Positions 1 through 9,634 of a DNA stretch of 64,000 nucleotides are shown piece by piece. The DNA comes from Cyanobacteria bacterium J06626_4 (lineage in GTDB: Bacteria > Cyanobacteriota > Cyanobacteriia > Phormidesmidales > Phormidesmidaceae): assembly GCA_038523235.1 (NCBI GenBank), contig JBCBJQ010000005.1, forward strand, positions 1-64,000, in the 5' to 3' direction. The position numbers were made by a program, and so were the translations under genes. The stretch's first letter is position 1; every line of letters begins with the position of its first letter. The notes below the pieces were generated by a model, which saw only the letters and a program-made list of their open reading frames with translations, was not told where the DNA came from and ran no database searches.

Positions 1-138
1 AGCGGTCGCAGCTAAGAGAGTGGGAATCATCAACACCCCGAACCAGCCAATGTAAAGGCGGTTTTCGGTGCTGGTAATCCAGCGGCAAAATTGCTGCCAC
101 AGACTGGCGCGATCGCGCCTTTGCAAAGTTGTGGTCAT
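1..138 (-). CDS. psbA: Photosystem II D1 protein, N-terminal 46 codons (gene runs off the left edge of the window)
   Basis: Manual translation of the reverse strand from ATG at 138 gives [46 protein letters not shown], the typical D1 N-terminus ([16 protein letters not shown]). Not in the ORF track. Confidence 0.96.
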   Translation of the reverse strand, partial: MTTTLQRRDRASLWQQFCRWITSTENRLYIGWFGVLMIPTLLAATA

Positions 139-174
139 AGGTCCGATTAAAACGATGATGGAATAACGAAAGCT

Positions 175-261
175 AACTAACCAGATAGTCAAATTAACTT
201 GTTAGTTAATTTAGTTCAGGGATCTGGAATTTGTCAATTGTTTTTAACTAATTAGTTAGTT
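175..261. promoter_or_regulatory. Three putative TetR operator palindromes, consensus AACTAA-N4-TTAGTT, in the psbA/tetR divergent region
   Basis: AACTAA-CCAG-ATAGTC (175-190); AATTAA-CTTG-TTAGTT (192-207, inside the perfect inverted repeat AAATTAACT-N4-AGTTAATTT at 191-212); AACTAA-TTAG-TTAGTT (246-261). Assignment to TetR is inferred from position. Confidence 0.65.
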
Positions 262-326
262 CTTGGGCGTGAGGGTCCCGTGGCTGAACCGATAGGGGCG
301 TCGTATTCTAGGGGTGGATACCTTGT

Positions 327-1001
327 ATGGAACTTGTCGTGAAGTCATCAGCCAGAGGTCGGAGATCGTCAACAGCGCGAACCGCCCGCAATCCAGAGGC
401 CACTAAGACGCAGATTCTCGATGCGGCTGAAGAAGAGTTTGCTCGCTACGGGCTAGCGGGGGCTCGAACGGAACCGATCGCCGCCAATACCGGCGTGACG
501 AAGGCGATGATTCACTACTACTTCGGCACGAAAGAAGAGCTGTATCAAGCCGTTTTGAAGCGTCAGGCAGCTTTGTTTCACAGTGCGGTTGAGCAAATTG
601 ATGTCAGCGATTTATCCCCCGAAGCTGCCCTTAAGAAGTTTCTGAGATTGGCCGTTGACTATGAAAATACTCAGCCCTATCACGGTAAGGTGCTGCTCCA
701 TGAAGCGATGACCAACGAAGGCAAGTATTTCAAGCTCACCGGCTGGGAAGTCCCCATTGGTTTAGGGGCCGCCGTTTTGCAGCGCGGGGTTGATGAAGGC
801 TGCTTTCGACCGCTGGACCCTTGGTTGACGATGGTTCACATCATGGGCGTCATGTCGTTTTACTTCAATGCGGCGAATAACCTCAAGCAGTTGGAGCCGC
901 TGAGCGATTGTCAAAGCCCAGAGGCGATTGAAAACTATGCCGACTCAGCGATCGCCTTCATTTTAGCGGGGGTGCTGAAACATCCTGAAGCGTCTAGCTA
1001 A
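327..1001 (+). CDS. TetR/AcrR family transcriptional regulator
   Basis: N-terminal HTH signature ILDAAEEEFARYGLAGARTEPIAANTGVTKAMIHYYFGTKEELY, followed by a helical ligand-binding domain. Confidence 0.95.
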   Translation: MELVVKSSARGRRSSTARTARNPEATKTQILDAAEEEFARYGLAGARTEPIAANTGVTKAMIHYYFGTKEELYQAVLKRQAALFHSAVEQIDVSDLSPEAALKKFLRLAVDYENTQPYHGKVLLHEAMTNEGKYFKLTGWEVPIGLGAAVLQRGVDEGCFRPLDPWLTMVHIMGVMSFYFNAANNLKQLEPLSDCQSPEAIENYADSAIAFILAGVLKHPEASS

Positions 1002-1187
1002 ATTGATCTTGAGTAGGTTTTCCGCGATCGCAGTTAGATGTCTCAGTTATCGTTCACACAAGCAGGCGATCGTTCTGGCATTCTTTAATAACGCACTCAT
1101 GGGTAATGCCCTGGCATTACGGTGATCGACGAACAATTTGGTCGAAAATGACAGCGACCATAGATATGTAAAAAGTAGAGGTTCTCA

Positions 1188-1577
1188 ATGACTGATGGAC
1201 TGAGTCCGGACGCGACTCGGGCAGCGGTTGCCCGCTACTTTGAAGGGACCCGCAGCATGAATGCCGCACAGTGGGCGGCAGCATTTGCACCCACTGCGAT
1301 CGTAGAAGATCCGGTGGGGCAGCCACCCCTGACCACACCACAAGCCATCTTGGCCCAAGGAGAAGCCTTTGTCACAGCCTTTAGCCAGGTCGGGCTACAG
1401 GAGACTTTTGTTGAGGTGAATGGTAATGAAGCTGTAGCTTACTGGATCGGTCGCGGCATTCAGCCTGATGGCAGCCGAGTCCGCTTTGAAGGCATCAATC
1501 ATTTCCAGTTTGATACGGATGGTAAAGTCACTAGGCTTCGAGGCTTCTGGAATCCTCAAAACATCCGGCCAGAATAG
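1188..1577 (+). CDS. NTF2/SnoaL-like (ketosteroid isomerase-like) protein
   Basis: 129 aa with W..AFA.TA.VEDPVG and FEGINHFQFD.DGKV..LRGFW, typical of the NTF2-like/SnoaL fold. Confidence 0.85.
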   Translation: MTDGLSPDATRAAVARYFEGTRSMNAAQWAAAFAPTAIVEDPVGQPPLTTPQAILAQGEAFVTAFSQVGLQETFVEVNGNEAVAYWIGRGIQPDGSRVRFEGINHFQFDTDGKVTRLRGFWNPQNIRPE

Positions 1578-2472
1578 TTTCACGAGTCTGTCAGCTCGCT
1601 TATAAATCTCGCTGACGCCCTGTTTCGCTATTCAGCTGCGAGGGCCTCTCGGTAAGGGAGTTCCAGTCCCTAGCAAGTGCAGTTGATGTGGGCGCGGTAG
1701 TGCTGCTGTCTCAAAGCTTCTGAACTTAATTGATGATGCCCCCTTAGCGGCGCGAGGATACGTCATTGATTACTCCTAGAAGCCTTACGGGTTAGGCATT
1801 ATGCCTGCATCCAGAAAGCAGCTTCTAGAGTTCCCCCCTTGTGTAAGGTTGCCGTTCACTGAGAGGCAGCTCTTCCAGAAACTCGATTAAGTTACCGTTG
1901 TTATCTTCAAAAGATGCGCCCCGCCGACCGCTGTCAGGAAAACTCGTAGGGGCAAAGCGATCTCAATGGTAATCAGTCCTGTCCGGTGGCCACTCACCGT
2001 GTCCATCGCGCTTTGGCGTGACCACAGTGCCGTCAAATTCCTGATCAAGATTCTGGTGTCCTTAGTGGCTGACACCGATTCGGTCGAGAAACCCGCTATA
2101 GAATTGGCGATCAAAGGCTTGGCAGCGCTATGACCTGCGATATACCCCAATATTATCGACTTAAAGTGGATCCGAAGTAGCGTTAAATTTGATTTAGTTC
2201 ATCCCGCATTTCGACCGGGTATTCCCAAGAAGTCCGGAGTCTTGAACTACACTGATGAAGATTTTAGGCATCTTGCTCAGCCTGGGTAAATAACCAATGG
2301 CTGGCAGCGATCAAGCAAGCGGCATGAATGCTCGCGAGTCTGGCTTGCGTGTAAGGTCTAAACCTTAACCTCAAGCCTCTACGCTGGGTCAAGTAACTAT
2401 CAGGCTCAGTTTGGGCAAACTTGGTCGCAAAGACCGCAGCAAGCACACCATAAAACTATAGACAGCAAGGGT

Positions 2473-5454
2473 ATGACGGCAACTTCTCAGTCCCTGCAAA
2501 ACCAACTCTCGCGCATCACCCCCTTTGACCAATTACCAGGGGCTGCGCTGACGGGCATTATCCAGGGGGCACAACTGCTGCGCTATCGCATCGGCCAGCC
2601 CATTGCCCGCCCGGAAGCGCTGCCTCAGCTCATCTTGATTATGGAAGGGCAGGCTCGCCTGTTGGCCGAAGATCCTCGCACTGAGAAGCCAGTCACCCTG
2701 AGTTTATTGGAGACAGGAGCCCTGATCGGGGCGGTTGGCCTGCTGCGCGGCAAACCCTGTGAAACGGCGATCGCTTCTTCTGAGGTGGTGGGGCTGCAAT
2801 TTTCGATGGGGGCCTTTCAGCAAGCGTTAGATCGCCATGAGGACTTTGCGCAAGCCCTGCGCAACCAGCTGTATCTGGCCGAGGTATTTGATCTGTTGGC
2901 GCGCCAGATTAGCGAACAGGCCGAAGATGTGGGCGATCTGGCCCTGTTTTCTCGGCGGGCGCACAAAGCGGGCGTCGTACGCTATCTGCCTTACGGCAAG
3001 CGGGCGCTCAGCGTCGATACTGACAGCGAGCTGATGTGGTTTGTCAGTAGCGGCACCATTATCAATCAGCCGATGGGCAGTCGCCTCAACCTCGAGTGGG
3101 CGGGCCATGAGTTAGATGTCATCAGTCCCCAAGGGGCGCGCCTGGTAGGCTTGCCCAATTTATCGCCGCCCCCAGTATCTCCCCCCCCAGCCGCTGCGGC
3201 CAATGGCGGGGCATTAGCACCGACGGCTGGCAGTAACCGCGACGCGATTCCCTATGCGCCGGCTCAGCTGCCTGATGCGGAGCCCGACACGAGCGGGGCC
3301 ACTCCCGAGTATCCCTTTGTGCGGGGCCGGGGTGATGTCGAAGGCATGGTGGCCTGCATGGAGATGGTCAGCCTGCACTTTGGCATGCCCTTTCGGCGCG
3401 ATATTATTCGGCGAATTCTGACCAATCAGCGCGACCGCTTGGGCCAGCTATCGCTGCCCTTAGCGGGCAAAGTGGCCGAATTCATGGGGTTGAGAACCCA
3501 GCTAACGAAGGTGCCCGCCAGCGCCATCAGCCGCCTGCCCACACCGGCCCTCGTCGCCTGGCAAGAAGGCTTTGCCATTTTGTATGAAACCAGCTCTAAG
3601 ACGCGGGTGCTGGCGATTCCCGAAGAGGGGATTGTGCAGCGATCGCCCCAAGCGTTTGAAGAAACCTGGGGCGGCGAAGGCGAAGTTTTACTGCTCGAAA
3701 CCACCCGTGAAACACCCCAAGAGCGGTTTGGCCTCAGCTGGTTTTTGCCTTCCCTGAAAAAGTACCGCTGGGTACTGGTGGAGGTGCTGATTGCCTCGTT
3801 CTTTGTGCAGCTGTTTGGCCTCGCTAACCCGTTAATGGTGCAGGTCATCATCGATAAGGTGATCGTCCAAAACAGTACTGATACCCTGCAGGTATTGGGC
3901 GTCTTTCTGTTAGTGATTGCCGTCTTTGAGGCGCTTTTAACCGCTCTGCGCACCTACTTATTTGTCGATACGACTAACCGGATCGACATGACGCTAGGCA
4001 CAGAGATTATCGATCACCTGCTGCGCTTGCCCCTGCGCTATTTTGACAAACGGCCTGTCGGTGAACTCTCGAGCCGTGTGAACGAGCTGGAGAACATTCG
4101 CAAGTTCCTCACCGGTACTGCCCTGACCGTCGTGCTAGACGCTGTATTTTCGGTGCTCTACATCGTGGTCATGTTCATCTACAGCTGGCTGTTGACCCTG
4201 GTGGCGCTGGCGACGATTCCCCTCTTTGTCTTTTTGACCGTGCTGGTGGCCCCGATTGTGCGGCGACAGCTGCGCCAAAAGGCGGAGCGCAATGCTTCGA
4301 CCCAATCTTATTTGGTGGAAGCGCTGTCAGGGATTCAAACCGTTAAAGCTCAAAATATTGAGCTGCGTACCCGTTGGCAATGGCAAGAACGCTATGCCAG
4401 CTACGTCAGTGCCGGCTTCAACACGGTGCTGACCTCCACCACTGCCGGGGCGGCCAGCAACTTTTTGAACAAGCTCTCGGCCCTGTTAGTGCTGTGGGTC
4501 GGGGCATACCTGGTGCTGCAGGGGGAGCTGAGCTTAGGTCAGCTGATTGCCTTCCGCATCATCTCGGGCTACGTAACCGCGCCGATTTTGCGCCTGGCGC
4601 AAATCTGGCAAAACTTCCAAGAGACGGCGCTATCACTAGAGCGCCTGAGCGATATTTTAGATCATCCCTGCGAAGCCGAAGACCAAGGCCGCAATCAGAT
4701 TCAAATGCCGGATATTCAAGGCACCGTGCGCTACGAAGATGTGGCGTTTCGGTTTGGCCCCACGGGGCCGATGCAGCTGGTCAACATCAATTTGGAATTC
4801 CCTGCCGGTGAGTTTGTCGGCATCGTCGGCCAGAGCGGGTCGGGCAAAAGCACCCTGATGAAGCTGCTGCCGCGCCTATATGAGATCGAGTCGGGTCGCA
4901 TTCTAATCGACAAGTACGACATCAGCAAAGTGGAGCTGTATTCGCTGCGGCAGCAGGTGGGTATCGTGCCCCAAGACAGCTTGCTGTTTGAAGGCAGCAT
5001 TCAAGAGAATATTTCACTGACGCGCCCTGACGCCGATACCGAAGCCATTATTGAGGCGGCACAAATCGCCTGTGCCCATGAATTCATCATGGATTTGCCC
5101 TTGGGCTACAACACGCGAGTGGGGGAACGGGGGGCCTCCCTTTCCGGCGGACAGCGCCAGCGGATCGCGATCGCCCGCACCATTTTGCACAATCCCCGGC
5201 TGCTGATCTTAGACGAGGCCACCAGTGCCCTCGATTACGATACCGAAAAGCAAGTCTGCAACCACCTGAAAGACTGGGGTGAGGGCCGCACCGTGTTTTT
5301 CATTACCCACCGGCTCAGCACAATTCAGGACTCGGACACTATTCTAGTAATGGATCGCGGTGCCGCCGTTGAGCAAGGCAGCCATGAAGAGTTGATGGCA
5401 CTGCGGGGGCGTTACTACACGCTGTATCAACAACAGATTCATACCCCTGAGTAA
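2473..5454 (+). CDS. hlyB: Type I secretion ABC transporter, HlyB family (cNMP-binding domain + C39-like domain + TMD + NBD)
   Basis: Walker A GQSGSGKST, signature LSGGQRQR, Walker B LLILDEATSALD. N-terminal cNMP-binding-like region. The C39-like region (EGMVACMEM...WQEGFAILY) lacks the catalytic Cys and His. Confidence 0.92.
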   Translation: MTATSQSLQNQLSRITPFDQLPGAALTGIIQGAQLLRYRIGQPIARPEALPQLILIMEGQARLLAEDPRTEKPVTLSLLETGALIGAVGLLRGKPCETAIASSEVVGLQFSMGAFQQALDRHEDFAQALRNQLYLAEVFDLLARQISEQAEDVGDLALFSRRAHKAGVVRYLPYGKRALSVDTDSELMWFVSSGTIINQPMGSRLNLEWAGHELDVISPQGARLVGLPNLSPPPVSPPPAAAANGGALAPTAGSNRDAIPYAPAQLPDAEPDTSGATPEYPFVRGRGDVEGMVACMEMVSLHFGMPFRRDIIRRILTNQRDRLGQLSLPLAGKVAEFMGLRTQLTKVPASAISRLPTPALVAWQEGFAILYETSSKTRVLAIPEEGIVQRSPQAFEETWGGEGEVLLLETTRETPQERFGLSWFLPSLKKYRWVLVEVLIASFFVQLFGLANPLMVQVIIDKVIVQNSTDTLQVLGVFLLVIAVFEALLTALRTYLFVDTTNRIDMTLGTEIIDHLLRLPLRYFDKRPVGELSSRVNELENIRKFLTGTALTVVLDAVFSVLYIVVMFIYSWLLTLVALATIPLFVFLTVLVAPIVRRQLRQKAERNASTQSYLVEALSGIQTVKAQNIELRTRWQWQERYASYVSAGFNTVLTSTTAGAASNFLNKLSALLVLWVGAYLVLQGELSLGQLIAFRIISGYVTAPILRLAQIWQNFQETALSLERLSDILDHPCEAEDQGRNQIQMPDIQGTVRYEDVAFRFGPTGPMQLVNINLEFPAGEFVGIVGQSGSGKSTLMKLLPRLYEIESGRILIDKYDISKVELYSLRQQVGIVPQDSLLFEGSIQENISLTRPDADTEAIIEAAQIACAHEFIMDLPLGYNTRVGERGASLSGGQRQRIAIARTILHNPRLLILDEATSALDYDTEKQVCNHLKDWGEGRTVFFITHRLSTIQDSDTILVMDRGAAVEQGSHEELMALRGRYYTLYQQQIHTPE

Positions 5455-5525
5455 ACGCCCAAGCCGCCGCTGAGGCAGCTGTGTCAAAACTGTACTGTTC
5501 CCCTGGCTAATCCTAAGGATGACCT

Positions 5526-7094
5526 ATGACCCCCGGCTCACGCATTACCCAAAACGGTCAATCACAAAACGGGCACCTGTCTAATGGCCGGATGCAAAAC
5601 GGTCAGGCCCCCCCGCCCCCCCCGCCGTCAGCCCCGCTACCGAATTCGCCTAACTTTGAGCGATCGGTCATTTTGCGGCAGTCGCCCCGCTGGGCGCGCT
5701 ATGTCGTGTGGGGGATTGTCGGCGTTACCGTTTCCACCGTGACCTGGGCCTGTCTCGCCAAGATCGAAGAGGCGATTCCGGCTCAAGGCAAGCTGGAACC
5801 GGAAGGGGTCGTGCAGCCGGTGCAAGCACCCGTGGGTGGCGTCGTCGAAGAGATTCGGATCAATGAAGGCGAGAGCGTCGAGCAGGGGGATGTGCTGGTC
5901 ACCCTTGATCCCAAGGCCACCGAAGCACAGCTAGAAGCGCTGCAAGAAGTGCGCGATAGCCTGGTAGAAGAAAACGACTATTACCGCTCGCAGTTGAGCC
6001 CCGATCCCGAACTGGAGGGAGCGCCCACAACGGTGGCCCCAGAGGTGGCACGTCTGACCAGCAACCGCGTAGCTTTGGTGGAAGAAAACGAACTGTATCG
6101 GGCGATTCTGCGGGGGGATTTAACCGCTGCCAACCTATCGCCGCGCCAGCGCCAGCGGGTGCAAACCTCGCTGGGCGACATCAATTCCCAACTGGAGATC
6201 AATCGACTCGAAATTGAGCAGCTGTCCAAACAGCTAGATCAAGTGCGAGTGCAATTGAATAACGCCATTCAAGCGTTATCAGTCGAGCAAGAGATTTTGG
6301 GCCGAATCGAACCGTTGGTCGAACAGGGCGGCATCTCCGAGCTGCAGGGGTTGCGCCAAGCGCAAGAGGTCAATAACCGCCAAACTGAAGTCAACAGTCT
6401 ACAAGAAGAGCAGCAGCGCCTCATACTCGCGATCGATCAGGCGCAAGAAGAACTGCGCCGCACCTCCGTTGTCTCTAACGAAGAACTGCTGGAGCGCATC
6501 GCCGCTAATGATAACCAGATCGCTAACATCGACAGCCAGCTGACCAAGGTGGTGGTAGATAACGAAAAGCAGCTAGAAGAAATTACTGGCCAAGTCAGCC
6601 AGCTAGAATTTGCCTTAGATAACCAAGAACTCAAGGCTCCCCTCGATGGCCAAGTCTTTAACCTGAGGGCCAACCAGCCGGGTTACGTTGCAAACGCCAC
6701 CGAGCCTATTTTAGAAATCGTGCCCAATGACACGCTGGTGGCTCGGGTGTTTGTGACTAACCGCGATATCGGTTTTGTCACCCAGCGGTTTAGCGATAGT
6801 GGTGAACCGCTGAAAGTGGACGTTCGCATTGACTCGTTTCCCTTTAGCGAGTTTGGCGATGTTGAAGGTACCGTCATTCACATTGGCTCGGACGCCCTGC
6901 CTCCCGACGAAATCAACCCGTTCTATCGCTTTCCGGTCGAAATTGAGCTAGAGACCCAATCCCTGAGTGAAACTTTGCCATTGCAGTCGGGCATGTCAGT
7001 GACCGCCAACATCAAACTGCGCAAGCGTCGCGTCATCACGATGCTGAGCGATCTCTTCGTGCGCAAAATTGATAGCCTGCGTTCAGGCGGCTAG
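5526..7094 (+). CDS. hlyD: HlyD family membrane fusion (periplasmic adaptor) protein
   Basis: Single TM, GKLEP.G.V..VQAPVGGVVEEI lipoyl half, long coiled coil, LKAPLDGQV, SFPFSEFG and LQSGMSVTANI. Directly downstream of hlyB. Confidence 0.92.
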   Translation: MTPGSRITQNGQSQNGHLSNGRMQNGQAPPPPPPSAPLPNSPNFERSVILRQSPRWARYVVWGIVGVTVSTVTWACLAKIEEAIPAQGKLEPEGVVQPVQAPVGGVVEEIRINEGESVEQGDVLVTLDPKATEAQLEALQEVRDSLVEENDYYRSQLSPDPELEGAPTTVAPEVARLTSNRVALVEENELYRAILRGDLTAANLSPRQRQRVQTSLGDINSQLEINRLEIEQLSKQLDQVRVQLNNAIQALSVEQEILGRIEPLVEQGGISELQGLRQAQEVNNRQTEVNSLQEEQQRLILAIDQAQEELRRTSVVSNEELLERIAANDNQIANIDSQLTKVVVDNEKQLEEITGQVSQLEFALDNQELKAPLDGQVFNLRANQPGYVANATEPILEIVPNDTLVARVFVTNRDIGFVTQRFSDSGEPLKVDVRIDSFPFSEFGDVEGTVIHIGSDALPPDEINPFYRFPVEIELETQSLSETLPLQSGMSVTANIKLRKRRVITMLSDLFVRKIDSLRSGG

Positions 7095-7117
7095 GGCCAA
7101 GAATCGAAATAAAGCAA

Positions 7118-7206
7118 CGGAAGCGGAGGGATTCGAACCCTCGAGGGAGGTTACCCCCCCTACCTCCTTAGCAGGGAGGCGCTTTCAACCGCTCAGCCAC
7201 GCTTCC
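7118..7206 (-). tRNA. trnS: tRNA-Ser(GCT)
   Basis: Reverse strand GGAAGCGTGGCTGAGCGGTTGAAAGCG-CCTCC-CTGCTAA-GGAGG...GAGGGTTCGAATCCCTCCGCTTCCG: anticodon GCT, long variable arm, T-loop GTTCGAATC. CCA not encoded. Confidence 0.96.
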
Positions 7207-7235
7207 AAGGAGTGTCTCAAAGAGACAGCTTGGTT

Positions 7236-7264
7236 ATTATAGCCCCCGATTGTCTGCAGCGTAA
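7236..7264 (-). promoter_or_regulatory. Probable sigma70-type promoter of tRNA-Ser
   Basis: Reverse-strand TATAAT at 7236-7241, about 30 nt upstream of the tRNA, with a weak -35 TTACGC at 17-bp spacing. Confidence 0.5.
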
Positions 7265-7447
7265 CCCCTGGCATCAGAAGAATCAGGGCGCACAACAATC
7301 CGCCGCTTGCCCAGCAGGTAGTGCGATGTGGCTGGCCTGAAGAACCGGTCGAAACTATTCGACGACGCTAACGGCTGCGTTGGCAGATCATACTGACGGC
7401 CTGCTGCTCAGTTGGGTTAGGCTTCGCAGACGTCAGCTCAGGATGCA

Positions 7448-8068
7448 CTAAACCGAGGCGGGCTGAGGGGCCGGCTGTCCGCTCAAAATATCGGCAATGG
7501 TGGCGAGCGATCGCCCGTCAGTCACCATGAGCGGATGTCCGAGTACGGGCAGTTGAATCATCCGACCGACTGCCAGCTGAGAGCTATTAGCGGGCAAGAT
7601 CATCAAGTCATAGGGGGTCCATATAGAAGTGAACTCAACCTGCTGTAGTTCATCCATCGTCTGGTTCAGGTCTTGCAAGAAGGCGCTGTTGGGTCGCATC
7701 TGACGTGCTCCCGGATTTTGTCGCAAATACCCCGTCCATGTCCCGTTGTGAGGCGCTGAGAGCGTGACGAATCGCCGTACTCGACGCCACCCCCCCAATC
7801 GCTGAACGTAGTAGCGGCTGACCATGCCGCCCATACTAAACCCGACAATATCGATCGCGTCCGCCTCAGCCAGGTGGCGATCAATGTACTGCTGCACCTG
7901 TTGCGCCAGTTGATCCAAGCCGACGTCACCGTTGCTCGGCCGGAGATTGAGCGAGTGGATGGCTGACCAGCCGCGATCGCCCAAATAGGCCACCATCTTG
8001 TCAAAGATCCGGGCGGTGTCATCAATGCCCGGCACCAGCAAGATTGGAATTTGAGGAGAGTGAGTCAT
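7448..8068 (-). CDS. Lipase/esterase, alpha/beta hydrolase
   Basis: LLVPGI oxyanion strand, GFSMGG nucleophile elbow, SAPHNGT, catalytic Asp (YDLMI) and His (GHPLM). Start taken at MTHSPQ. Confidence 0.9.
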   Translation of the reverse strand: MTHSPQIPILLVPGIDDTARIFDKMVAYLGDRGWSAIHSLNLRPSNGDVGLDQLAQQVQQYIDRHLAEADAIDIVGFSMGGMVSRYYVQRLGGWRRVRRFVTLSAPHNGTWTGYLRQNPGARQMRPNSAFLQDLNQTMDELQQVEFTSIWTPYDLMILPANSSQLAVGRMIQLPVLGHPLMVTDGRSLATIADILSGQPAPQPASV

Positions 8069-8260
8069 GCCAGCATGCCCGCAGATGTGTTGAAGGTTTC
8101 CAGATATCTCTACGATACTCATGCCCTCAGCGGTCGCCAAAAGCAATTGTGACAGTTTTTAGACAGTTCGACTGACTTTGTTTACAGCTGCCATCATTGT
8201 TGAAAAAACTGCCACGGTGGTCACTGGCGACCCATGCAGGCTGCTAACCCGTGGTGACCG

Positions 8261-9634
8261 TTAAGAAGAGGGTTCAATATTGGTATCTTGGGCAGAAATC
8301 ATGCGCGAAAAGATGCGACAGGCCTCGATTTCTTCCTTGCTCCAAAGCTTTTGTTCATAGGCTTGCGCCGCTTGATCGGGAGACTGACCGGGAGCAATGA
8401 GATTGTATTCGACATTCTCAGCGTGGATGGCAAAGGTCACCTGGAAGACTTCCAAAAAATTAATCACCCAGCTGCACTGATCGCGCGGAAACTGCTCGTA
8501 ATATCGAATTAAATCGGCGATTCTCGCTTCGAGATAGTGGTGTGAGCTTTTAGAAATCAGCACCAGCTTGAGCAGCAAAATTGCTAGTAAGATCGAGCTA
8601 CTCTGCGAGAGCAATAAGGTGAACAGGGCCGAGGGCGATCGCTGATCTTCTGTCATTAAGCAGTCAATCATGCGGTTGCAGGTGCGCAGCTGCAGAGAGG
8701 TGTCCACCTGATCCTGATCGCGTTCTAGGTAGAGCTGATCGAGCTTTTGACTGAGGTGCTGTCTAAGAGTCTTGACGACTTCAGGCTGTTTGACCGAGTA
8801 GGTGAGATATTCCACTAAGCTCTTTTTGAAGTTCGCGTAACTGAGATCTTTGACCTGCTCTAGAAAGAGACGCGCTAAATTTTTATAGCCAAATTGCCCC
8901 TTACGGGCCACGATGGCTTTGATCAACCGCAAGGCCCCTTCGCCAAGCACCGTGGGGTTTTTGGGTTGATTTTCACTATCTACAGAATTTTGATGAGAAT
9001 GGGCCGTATACAAAGCCAGCTCCATTTTGTAGCGGTCTTTGAGCTTGCGCGATAGGGCTCTGGCCGCCTCTCTTTGCTCAACCGGATTTTCGGCATTGGT
9101 GTATTGTGGCACGAGCAGATAAGAGGTGTAGCGCGAGGTCCAAGGACCCGTATCGATCTCGCCCGCAAAGCGCGCAACGAATAGCTTAAGCTCTTGAAAA
9201 TCAGCACTCTCAATGAAGTCGAGCATCCACTCACGCAGGCGTCTGAGCGTGGGTGAGACGGTATATCGAAAGAGATTGGGCTGATCAAACTGATCGACTA
9301 GCGCCTGAATAGAGTTGTATTGGCGGGAGACTTCCCAGTTGTTGATCAGAATGTAGCAAGACCGCTTCAGCGTATTGTGAAATTCGTTTTCGTCATTGCT
9401 AAACAGCAGAGTATACATCGCTGCCGAGACGTCGGAGCTAGCGGTTTCGCCATACTCAAAAAAGAGCTGCTGAAACTGGTTGAGAACGTCTTCTGGCTCC
9501 CATTGCTTAACAATGCTGAGCAGAAAGCTATAAATGTTTTCTTGAGCGTCTCTCAGGGTCAATCCTGACCGCCGAGAACGCTTAGAACCTTGCTCTTGGC
9601 TATGATCCAACACAGAATTTGCAACCCCTGCCAT
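8261..9634 (-). CDS. Conserved hypothetical helical protein, paralogue of 25400..26656
   Basis: Long ORF (the track extends it to TTG 9652). Shares motifs with 25400..26656: TLKRSCYILINNW, KNPTVL, FKKSLVEYL, LLLKLVL...YLEARIA.L..YYE. No recognised domain. Confidence 0.8.
   Translation of the reverse strand: MAGVANSVLDHSQEQGSKRSRRSGLTLRDAQENIYSFLLSIVKQWEPEDVLNQFQQLFFEYGETASSDVSAAMYTLLFSNDENEFHNTLKRSCYILINNWEVSRQYNSIQALVDQFDQPNLFRYTVSPTLRRLREWMLDFIESADFQELKLFVARFAGEIDTGPWTSRYTSYLLVPQYTNAENPVEQREAARALSRKLKDRYKMELALYTAHSHQNSVDSENQPKNPTVLGEGALRLIKAIVARKGQFGYKNLARLFLEQVKDLSYANFKKSLVEYLTYSVKQPEVVKTLRQHLSQKLDQLYLERDQDQVDTSLQLRTCNRMIDCLMTEDQRSPSALFTLLLSQSSSILLAILLLKLVLISKSSHHYLEARIADLIRYYEQFPRDQCSWVINFLEVFQVTFAIHAENVEYNLIAPGQSPDQAAQAYEQKLWSKEEIEACRIFSRMISAQDTNIEPSS

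Noticed and set aside
1578..2472. Short ORFs 1887..2150(-) and 2264..2446(-) in the ~900-bp gap before hlyB
   Set aside because: Non-ATG starts, no recognisable motifs, atypical composition; treated as non-coding. No RNA family recognised.
2473..7206. T1SS genes abutting the 3' end of tRNA-Ser as a possible integrated island
   Set aside because: No integrase and no duplicated tRNA 3' end (att site) seen in the window. HIP1 sites and composition look native.
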